NCBI GenBank assembly: GCA_963749595.1
Contig: CAVVNJ010000009.1
Span: forward strand, 65,380-129,379
Length of the DNA stretch: 64,000 nucleotides
Direction of reading: 5' to 3'
Origin: Candidatus Woesebacteria bacterium
GTDB lineage: Bacteria; Patescibacteriota; Microgenomatia; UBA1400; UBA1396
Shown here: in pieces, positions 26,653 to 33,916 of the stretch
Position numbering within the stretch: the first letter of the stretch is position 1
Layout: every line of letters begins with the position of its first letter
Program-made: the position numbers and the translations under genes
The notes under the pieces: generated by a model
Told to the model about the DNA's origin: nothing
The model's input: the letters and a program-made list of their open reading frames with translations, nothing else
The model's database searches: none

Positions 26653-26681
26653 TTGACGCCCTACGCCCGGAAACGTAATCT
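26653..26681 (+). promoter_or_regulatory. promoter placed for a leaderless transcript of ORF 26688
   Basis: TTGACG, a 17-nt spacer, then TAATCT. Exactly 6 nt separate the -10 from the ATG at 26688, and there is no SD. Confidence 0.45.
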
Positions 26682-26687
26682 AGGGAT

Positions 26688-27260
26688 ATGGCCGACGAAC
26701 CCAGCTCTGCTCCTACTCCGCAATCGATCGCCCAGCTGCTAAGTCCAGCGGTACCAACCGATCAAGTAATGGTGCAGCCAGTTGTGCCTGCGCCGACAAC
26801 CCAGGTGGTTGACACCCCACCAACAGTGTCTGAACCAGTGGCGGAGGTGACGCCAAAACCGTCGCCCACCGAAGCAGTTCCGGTTGCCGCTGAGCCGCCG
26901 ATCCCTGAAGAACCGGCTAAACCGAGCGGTGACGAGGAAAAATCACCATTGGAAATTCTTGAGGAAATACTGGCCAGCGCCGGTGCCGAAAAGGACGAAA
27001 AAGAGAAAGAAGAAACGGAGAAGAAAGCTGCTGAGGAGCAAGCCAAAGCGGAGGCGGCCGCCAAGGAAGCGGAGTATCGTCAAGAGGCGGATCAGAAAAT
27101 CGCTGTTGCGGAGCAGCAACTGGTCACGGCCAAACAGGAGCAGGCGCAGGTCGATGCCGACCATCCGGCGGCTCCCTCCGCGGTTTTGCCGGACGAAATG
27201 GCCATTCATCAGATGCACCATGAGGTCCGTCCTGGAACCGTAGTCCTAGGTGCTTATTAA
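26688..27260 (+). CDS. low-complexity Pro/Glu/Ala/Lys-rich protein, function unknown
   Basis: 190 aa. A Pro/Thr/Val-rich N-half is followed by an EK/AE coiled-coil-like segment. Confidence 0.4.
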   Translation: MADEPSSAPTPQSIAQLLSPAVPTDQVMVQPVVPAPTTQVVDTPPTVSEPVAEVTPKPSPTEAVPVAAEPPIPEEPAKPSGDEEKSPLEILEEILASAGAEKDEKEKEETEKKAAEEQAKAEAAAKEAEYRQEADQKIAVAEQQLVTAKQEQAQVDADHPAAPSAVLPDEMAIHQMHHEVRPGTVVLGAY

Positions 27261-27308
27261 TTGTTCATAATCGATTCTATAATCTGTCAGAAAGGAGGAT
27301 CGTAGGCC

Positions 27309-28554
27309 ATGAAAATCTACAACACTCTAACACAATCGATCGAACCCATTCGCAAGCTAGCGAACGAGGACCAGATCGGGGTGTACGCTTGTGGTCCTAC
27401 CGTCTACGATTACGCGCACATCGGTCACGCGCGCAAGTATACGCTGGACGACGTCTTGATTCGGACTTTGCGGTTGGCTGGTTTTCCGGTGAAACACGTG
27501 ATGAATATCACTGATGTCGGCCAACTGACCTCGGACGCCGATACCGGGGAAGACAAGATGGAAAAAGGCGCCCGTAAATTCGGCAAAACTGTCTGGGAGG
27601 TGGCCGAGTTCTTTGAGGAAGATTTTTGGCGCAAAGCTGATCTGTTGGGTTAAGCACCCCGAGATTGTTGTCGAAAGCCACCGATCACCTCGTGAGCAGA
27701 TCGCGATGGTGAAGAAACTGGAGGACAAGGGCTTCACTTACGAAATTCCTGGTGACGGCATCTATTTTGATACCAGTAAAGACCCGCATTACGGCGAGCT
27801 GGCCCGATTGAAGCTCGATCAACAACTCGAGGGCGCCCGGATCGGCATTACGGAGGGCAAGCGTAATCCCAGCGATTTTGCGTTGTGGAAGTTTTATCCG
27901 GTTGGCGAAAAACATGGAGATGGAATGGGATTCACCGTGGGGCAAAGGTTTTCCCGGTTGGCATATCGAGTGTTCAGCGATGAGTATCAAGTATCTGGGC
28001 GAACAGTTTGCGATCCACACCGGTGGCATTGACCATATTCCGGTTCACCACACTAACGAAATCGCCCAAGCCGAAAACTCTACCGGCAAGCGGCCCTTTG
28101 TCCGTCACTGGGTGCATCATAATTTTTTGCGGGTAGATGGGAAAAAAATGAGCAAGTCGCTCAATAACTTCTATACCCTGGACGACGTGATTGCCAAGGG
28201 ATTTTCGCCGCTGGCGCTAAAACTTTTATTTTTGCAGGCGCACTACCGCGATGAGCTGAATTTTACCTGGAATTCTTTGGCGGGCACCCAAAAGGCCTAC
28301 GAAAAACTGCAACGGCAGGTGGGAAAACTTTTGTCGGCAGCCAGTTACGAAGATCTATCTGAGATACCGGAGCCGGAAGCCGTTAATTTGTCGATGAGCT
28401 TAAGCAGCGGTTGGACGAATTTGTTGGTTATCTGGAAGAAGATCTTAAAACGGCGCAAGCCCTGGCGGTGCTATGGAAGACGGTCAAAGGCTCATCAGTG
28501 GAGGCGCTGCCGGTGATCAAGCGGATGTTCGAATATTTCGGCCTAGCAATCTGA
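27309..28554 (+). pseudogene. cysS: cysteine--tRNA ligase, with multiple apparent frameshifts
   Basis: HIGH motif (YDYAHIGHARKY), [13 protein letters not shown] and KMSKS are all present but spread over frames 0, 1, 2 and 1. Shifts occur near 27645 (G-run), 27918 (A5 run) and 28388 (T-run). A compensating pair near 27675-27700 hides KATDHLV. Confidence 0.88.
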
Positions 28555-28565
28555 AACGAGGTAAA

Positions 28566-29411
28566 GTGAGCGATTTTAAGCTTTTTTCCCACAACGGAAA
28601 AATTTTGCCGGTCAAGGCGGCCAAAGTTTCGCTGTTTAATATCGAATACAGCTATGGTTTCGGCATTTACGAAACGATGAAATTGCGCCATGGACGGCTA
28701 TATTTCGTTGATCAGCACTTGGAGCGATTGTTCCACTCGGCGGCGGTGATCGGAGTCGACATCGGCTATCCGGTGGACCAGATCAACCGGTGGTTGGCGG
28801 AATTGGTCGAAGCCCTGTCAATCGAGGCGGCCAATCTCAAGATTTTGGTGATCGGCGGAAAAGAATCGGCGGTCTATATTTTTGCCAGTGCGCCGCTGTA
28901 TCCGGACAAGAAACTTTATCGTCAGGGGGTGAAACTAATCAGCTATCCCTACGAACGGTTGTTTCCGACGGCCAAGACGCTCAACATGCTGCCGAGTTAT
29001 TTGGCGTATAAAAAGGCGCAGGAAAGTGATTGTTACGATGCTTTGTTGATCGACGCGGAGGGCAACATTCTTGAGGGGACGCGAACGAATTTTTGTTTGG
29101 TGCGCGGTCAAACGATCTACCGCGCGCCGGCGGATCGAGTTTTAGGCGGGGTGACGTTCCTCACCCTGGAGATTGTCGCCAAACGGCTCGGCTGGTCGAT
29201 TGTTGAGCAGTTAGTGCCATTGAAAGAAATCGCCGATTTCGAGGCGGCCTTTGTGACCAGTACGAGCACCAAGATTATGCCGGTTAAGCAGATCGACGAT
29301 CATCTTTTCCCGCCGATTCCGGAACCTATTTTTGCCCTGATCCGGGCTTACGATAATTTTTTGGCGGAGTGCCGGGGCGTCCTGCCGGACGCCCCGGACT
29401 CTTCCGTTTAA
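28566..29411 (+). CDS. class IV (fold-type IV) PLP-dependent aminotransferase / aminodeoxychorismate-lyase-like
   Basis: GTG start after a GAGG RBS. FGIYETMKL...YFVDQHLERL and EGTRTNFCLVRGQTIYRAP fit the BCAT/DAAT family. Confidence 0.7.
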   Translation: MSDFKLFSHNGKILPVKAAKVSLFNIEYSYGFGIYETMKLRHGRLYFVDQHLERLFHSAAVIGVDIGYPVDQINRWLAELVEALSIEAANLKILVIGGKESAVYIFASAPLYPDKKLYRQGVKLISYPYERLFPTAKTLNMLPSYLAYKKAQESDCYDALLIDAEGNILEGTRTNFCLVRGQTIYRAPADRVLGGVTFLTLEIVAKRLGWSIVEQLVPLKEIADFEAAFVTSTSTKIMPVKQIDDHLFPPIPEPIFALIRAYDNFLAECRGVLPDAPDSSV

Positions 29412-30442
29412 CGTCGCCCCGCTTGGGCGATTTGCCACAACGCGTCCACCAATGCCTGGTTATCAGCCCGAGTCTTCAGGCCGACGCGGACATAGTGTTC
29501 GTTCCGGATCCCGTCCGTCCGGTCGAGGTCGACCACCTTGATTCCGCGGGTTGGTAGGAGGTTGGCCAGAGAAAGTTCCCGGTGGCGCACCATGAGGATA
29601 CCGACTTGGGGTTCGCCGCCGATTTCGATTCCTGGTATTCGCCGGATTTCGTTTTTCAACCACGTCAATTCCCGCTCCTGCCAATCAGCGCTGCGGCGCA
29701 AATGATCTAGATCGTCCAGCCCGGCCAGGGCTGCCACCAAACCTTTAGCGGTCGGGGGTTGGATTTCCGCGCGAATCAGGGCTGCGATTTCCGGACGGGC
29801 GAACAACATGCCCACCCGCGCCTCCGGCAAACCGAACGCCTTGGAGAAGGTTTTGGTCACGATTAGATTGGGGTGGCTGGGCACGAGCCGGACTTGTGAT
29901 GCCAGGTTATCCGGATCAACGATCTCCCAATAGGCTTCGTCGACCACTGTCATTCCTGAGCGGTTCCACTCAACGAAGGACCGCAGTACTTTTGGATCCA
30001 CCATTGTCCCGGTCGGGTTGTTGGGATTGCAGACCCAAACTAGCGAACCACTTGTCCGATCGTCTCGCGGTAAAGAAATTTGCTTGATTCCAGGCAGGGG
30101 CGTGACTGGCACCTGATTGGTCTCAACCGCTTCGGCAATGTGGAAGTAAGTTGGTACGGGAATTGCTACTTTCGGCCAGAGTGGGGCGATCAGTTTGGCG
30201 ATGGCGTCAATCAAACAATCGCTGCCCGCCGAGACGACAATTATCTCCGATGGTACGCCCAACCATTCCGACAACCGAAGGGTTAATTCCTTGAGCAATC
30301 GTTCTTGGTCGCTTGGGTGCTCAGCGTAACGCGCCAGCCGTTCCGCCACCAACGGACTGGGCCCGAGCGGATTACCGACAATGCCGAAATCAAGTTCGCG
30401 CCTTTCCGGTTTACGCTCCGGTTGTAATTTTTCGTTTTTCAT
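29408..30442 (-). CDS. class I/II PLP-dependent aminotransferase (HisC-like)
   Basis: VCNPNNPTG and the TKTFSKAFGLPEARVG (PLP-lysine) motifs. The start overlaps the stop of the upstream GNAT gene. Confidence 0.75.
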   Translation of the reverse strand: MKNEKLQPERKPERRELDFGIVGNPLGPSPLVAERLARYAEHPSDQERLLKELTLRLSEWLGVPSEIIVVSAGSDCLIDAIAKLIAPLWPKVAIPVPTYFHIAEAVETNQVPVTPLPGIKQISLPRDDRTSGSLVWVCNPNNPTGTMVDPKVLRSFVEWNRSGMTVVDEAYWEIVDPDNLASQVRLVPSHPNLIVTKTFSKAFGLPEARVGMLFARPEIAALIRAEIQPPTAKGLVAALAGLDDLDHLRRSADWQERELTWLKNEIRRIPGIEIGGEPQVGILMVRHRELSLANLLPTRGIKVVDLDRTDGIRNEHYVRVGLKTRADNQALVDALWQIAQAGRR

Positions 30443-31018
30443 CTTACCTCCTTATTTTTTGGCGGCCGGATCATCACCGCCGCGCTGTGTCCAGGCCGCA
30501 ATTTTTGTTTGACGACCTCGGCGATTGCCGGATCAATAGCCAATAATTCCTCGGTGCTGGCCTCCACGAAACCCAGTCTTCGGAAAATCGTTCGTGCTAC
30601 CGTGATCGTGAAACAACCATCTTCCGCGGGCAGGGAGTGGATCGCCTGTTGTAGCAGTGACTGTAAAATTTCTCCACCCTGATGCCGACGACTGGGGTGG
30701 ACGACTCCATGGTTGAAGTAGTGCCAAGTTGCTCCTGATCCCCGGAACGGCAAAATCGTGTGGCCGGCCAGAACCTCTCCCTTGGTATCAATGGACGCCC
30801 AAACCGACCCTCCCCTTGAAGAGAAAGTCATTAGTTCCTCTGGCGTGAGATCGCGAATCAGGCCGCCGTTAGAGATGAATTCCGGCTGCAGTAGTCGGTG
30901 TAGTGCGAAGATAGCGGGAAAGTCCATTAAAACACATGGGATAGGTGGGATTAAACCCTGCCTCCAGGGCCTGCGGAATTAGGTTGGTTGGTTTTGGTGG
31001 TAAGAGTTCAATGCTCAT
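30439..31018 (-). pseudogene. GNAT family N-acetyltransferase, with a probable N-terminal frameshift near 30925
   Basis: A strong RBS (AAAGGAG) plus ATG at 31018 opens a 49-codon ORF (MSIELLPPKPTNLIPQALEAGFNPTYPMCFN...). It runs into the 30439-30927 GNAT ORF in another frame. Removing one G from AATGGAC fuses the two. Confidence 0.6.
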
Positions 31019-31039
31019 AGCCACTCCTTTCTTTTGCAT

Positions 31040-31183
31040 AAAAAAACCTCCGGGTTGGCGGAGGTTCGGATTGGTGTATTGATAAATTCTTTTACAACCG
31101 CCGAACCTCCCTGGTTAAATTAAAGGAATAAAAGCGACACATGATTTGGTGAACGGTTGGGTTCATTGCCACTAATTGTAGCA
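31040..31183 (-). promoter_or_regulatory. leader element L3: extended -10 promoter, closing stem, G-rich box with a perfect 10-bp antiterminator, and a terminator upstream of the GNAT-aminotransferase pair
   Basis: Read on the minus strand. TGcTACAAT is at 31183-31175. CAACCG (31159-54) can pair with CGGTTG (31100-095). GGAGGTTCGG (31110-01) is the exact complement of CCGAACCTCC (31069-60), which is also the 5' half of the terminator CCTCCG-ccaacc-CGGAGG plus U7 (31064-31040). Confidence 0.5.
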
Positions 31184-31190
31184 CATTGGT

Positions 31191-31535
31191 TTATAGCCCG
31201 ATTTGTCGCTTAAAAATCAACCAAAATTTTCTCCAAAATCCCGCTTTGGCATACTCGCGGCGGAACTGGTGATATTGCTTGTACTCTTTCCAATCGACCG
31301 TGCCTTGTAGAGGTGGATTAAGCCAGCAGGAAAGAATTCGCCACTCATCTTTATTTTTTTCCTGAGCCACGACCGACAGGGTTCGTCCGGAAAATATTTT
31401 CCGGAATTCGTGGGAGCGGGGCCGTTTGGCGGGCCGATTTGATTCCGGGTGACTAATTGTTTCCACGATCATGCTGTGGGAGATACCGCGTTGCCGCAGT
31501 CGTTCTTGCGCGTGGTGAGTCCAGAATAACTTCAT
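31191..31535 (-). CDS. DUF4258-like small protein (toxin-like fold family)
   Basis: The N-terminus WTHHAQERLRQRGISHSMIVETI matches the DUF4258 H..ER...RGI signature. The C-terminal tail is basic and hydrophobic. Confidence 0.5.
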   Translation of the reverse strand: MKLFWTHHAQERLRQRGISHSMIVETISHPESNRPAKRPRSHEFRKIFSGRTLSVVAQEKNKDEWRILSCWLNPPLQGTVDWKEYKQYHQFRREYAKAGFWRKFWLIFKRQIGL

Positions 31536-31550
31536 GGGTCTATTGTAACC

Positions 31551-32342
31551 CTACTCAAGTCGCGCTAAACCCTTGACTCGGCTTCTGGAGAACATGAAGA
31601 CGAAAAATGCCAAGGACAAGAGTAAGTACAGCAGGTTCAGCCCCAGGCTGATTAAAAGGTAATCGAGCCGCATTGTGCCGGTATTGATGATTTCACGCAT
31701 GCCTTCGAACACGTAGGTCATGGGGAGCAGACGGGAAACCGCCTGCACGGCCGGCGGCAGGACCGTTAACGGATAGTAAACCGCGGAGAAGGGCGCGAAC
31801 AAAAAACCCATGCTCCAGGCGATCGTCTGAATCTTATGGCCGTAGTAGATGATCAAGCCGGAAGCCAGAAAACCCATGAACCAACCGGACATCATCAGCA
31901 ACGCGAAGAACGGTAGGATTGACCAGCCGATCGCGAAGACGTTGATGGCATACAACAGCCATACTGCCCCGGTGGCAACAGCCACGGTGAGGATCAGTTT
32001 GAGCCCGCCGACGATCATGACGCTCAGCACCCACTCGATCACGGTGAGCGGCGTGGAGAAAAGATTAACCACGTTTTGGTTCCACATTTCCTCGAGTAGA
32101 TTAACGGAGATTTCGTAATTGGCCCGCCAAACCACTTGCCAGAAAACTAGGGCGGTCAGGATCAAAAGTACCAGATTGGGAATTGCGGTCTGAGTTTGCA
32201 TGATCCAACGGCTGGTCAGTCCCCACATCACGATGTCCAGGACCGGCCAATAAACCATATCCGACCACCGATCCGGGCTTTTGCGGAATAAGTACAAGTG
32301 GCGTATGACGACCGCCTGGACTCGGTGCCAACTTAAGTTCAT
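31551..32342 (-). CDS. ABC-2 type transporter permease
   Basis: 263 aa with six hydrophobic helices. It overlaps the upstream ATPase gene by 4 nt. Confidence 0.8.
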   Translation of the reverse strand: MNLSWHRVQAVVIRHLYLFRKSPDRWSDMVYWPVLDIVMWGLTSRWIMQTQTAIPNLVLLILTALVFWQVVWRANYEISVNLLEEMWNQNVVNLFSTPLTVIEWVLSVMIVGGLKLILTVAVATGAVWLLYAINVFAIGWSILPFFALLMMSGWFMGFLASGLIIYYGHKIQTIAWSMGFLFAPFSAVYYPLTVLPPAVQAVSRLLPMTYVFEGMREIINTGTMRLDYLLISLGLNLLYLLLSLAFFVFMFSRSRVKGLARLE

Positions 32343-33292
32343 GTTCGGGTTCCTTTTCCTTGGCGGGCCAGTTGCAAAAAGTAATCTTCCAGACTTGGTT
32401 TCTGAATGGCGATTTGGGAATAGTTGACGCCAACCTTGGCCAAACCGGCCAATAGAGTCGCAATATCGTGTTCTTCTACTTCAATCGTAATCGAGCGCTG
32501 GTCAATACTGGAACGCAACGAATGTTTTTCGGTGTACTCCTTGGTTCGCTTCAAACCATCGCCGACTAGAAGCTCCACGCGGGCGGTTGAAACGCTGGCG
32601 GCTAATTTTTCCGGTGTATCAACAGCGACGATTTTGCCGTGCTGCAGAAACATCACTCGGTCACAGACCTCACTGACCTCGGCCATGTTATGGGAAGTAA
32701 ACAGAATCGCCACACCATATTCGCGCCGCTGTTCCTGCACGAATGCCCGCACTTCCAAGGCAATATCCGGATCCAAGGAAGCAGTGGGCTCGTCCAGCAA
32801 AGCGACGCGCGGGTGAGCCAGAAAAGCTTTGGCCAACATGACTCTAGTCATCTGTCCGGCCGAAAGCGCGCCGGTGGATTTTTTCTTTAATTCTTTGGCT
32901 CCAAAAAAACCCAAAAATTTGTCGATCCGGTGTCGCCGTTCACTGGCACTCAGGCCATAGAGACGACCATAAACGTCCAAATTTTCTCCAACGGTGAGGC
33001 GGGAGGGCAATTTAACGTAGGTGCTGGCAAAAGCGACTTGTTGGAGTAGTTCTGAGCGGTGACTCTTTAAGTCTTGACCAAAATATTCGATCTTCCCGGA
33101 AGTTGGTTCCAGAGCCGTCAAGAGCATCTGAATGGTAGTGGTTTTGCCCGCGCCGTTGGGCCCGAGCAGTCCCAAAATTTCACCTTCGCTCATTTGAAAT
33201 GAGAGGTGATCAACGGCGGTGAAGGAGCCATAAGACTTCGTTAGCTCCCGCACAGAGAGTGCTGGTGTACCCGAAGAAACGCGAGGGGACAT
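32339..33292 (-). CDS. ABC transporter ATP-binding protein (DrrA/ABC-2 exporter type)
   Basis: Walker A GPNGAGKTT, signature LSAGQMTRV and Walker B ALLDEPT. Confidence 0.9.
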   Translation of the reverse strand: MSPRVSSGTPALSVRELTKSYGSFTAVDHLSFQMSEGEILGLLGPNGAGKTTTIQMLLTALEPTSGKIEYFGQDLKSHRSELLQQVAFASTYVKLPSRLTVGENLDVYGRLYGLSASERRHRIDKFLGFFGAKELKKKSTGALSAGQMTRVMLAKAFLAHPRVALLDEPTASLDPDIALEVRAFVQEQRREYGVAILFTSHNMAEVSEVCDRVMFLQHGKIVAVDTPEKLAASVSTARVELLVGDGLKRTKEYTEKHSLRSSIDQRSITIEVEEHDIATLLAGLAKVGVNYSQIAIQKPSLEDYFLQLARQGKGTRT

Positions 33293-33325
33293 TCGGTTAG
33301 TTTATCACTTTTGGACGGTAAGTCG

Positions 33326-33838
33326 CTAGAGAATTTTCTTTAAAATGACGCTGTCTTTGACGAATCCCAGGCGTTCGTAAGTGGCGATCGTTTTCGTGTT
33401 TTCGGCAAAGGCTTCGACCGAAATCGATTTGCAACCCTGAGATTTTATTTCGGAAATGAAGGTGGCGTAGAGTTTTCGTCCGATGCCTTTTTGGCGATAA
33501 TCCTCGGTGACGAACCAGTCGATAATCTCGGCTTCGGGGTGGTGGATAATCAGGGGATTGAGATGAATAGTGCCGGAGATGAGACCAATAATCTGGTCGT
33601 CTTTTTCGGCCACAAGAAGGATATAACCTTCATCGAAATAAGACTGGATTGTGTTGGCGCAAAACTGTCGGTCGTCATGGGTTTTAACCAACTCCTTCGT
33701 TACTCCCGTGAGTGTTTGTTCCATATTGAAGCGATTGAAAAATTCAAAATAGAGTTCGGATAGCTGGTCAACATCTTTCGGTCGAGCTTTTCTGATTTTC
33801 GGTCCGAAAAAGGGAAAGGTCATTACTCGACTATACAT
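33326..33838 (-). CDS. GNAT family N-acetyltransferase
   Basis: WFVTEDYRQKGIGRKLYATFISEI acetyl-CoA binding motif (Q/R-x-x-G-x-G/A). Confidence 0.8.
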   Translation of the reverse strand: MYSRVMTFPFFGPKIRKARPKDVDQLSELYFEFFNRFNMEQTLTGVTKELVKTHDDRQFCANTIQSYFDEGYILLVAEKDDQIIGLISGTIHLNPLIIHHPEAEIIDWFVTEDYRQKGIGRKLYATFISEIKSQGCKSISVEAFAENTKTIATYERLGFVKDSVILKKIL

Positions 33839-33843
33839 TTTTC

Positions 33844-33865
33844 ATGTACTAGTACACTAGTACAT
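33844..33865. promoter_or_regulatory. 22-bp palindromic operator candidate upstream of the GNAT / ABC-2 operon
   Basis: ATGTACTAGT-AC-ACTAGTACAT has perfect 10-bp arms. It lies 6 nt upstream of the GNAT start codon. Confidence 0.5.
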
Positions 33866-33916
33866 AGAACTTAGGGTTGTTTCGCCTGGTTCCAGAGGTC
33901 ACAAAAATGTGGCAAT

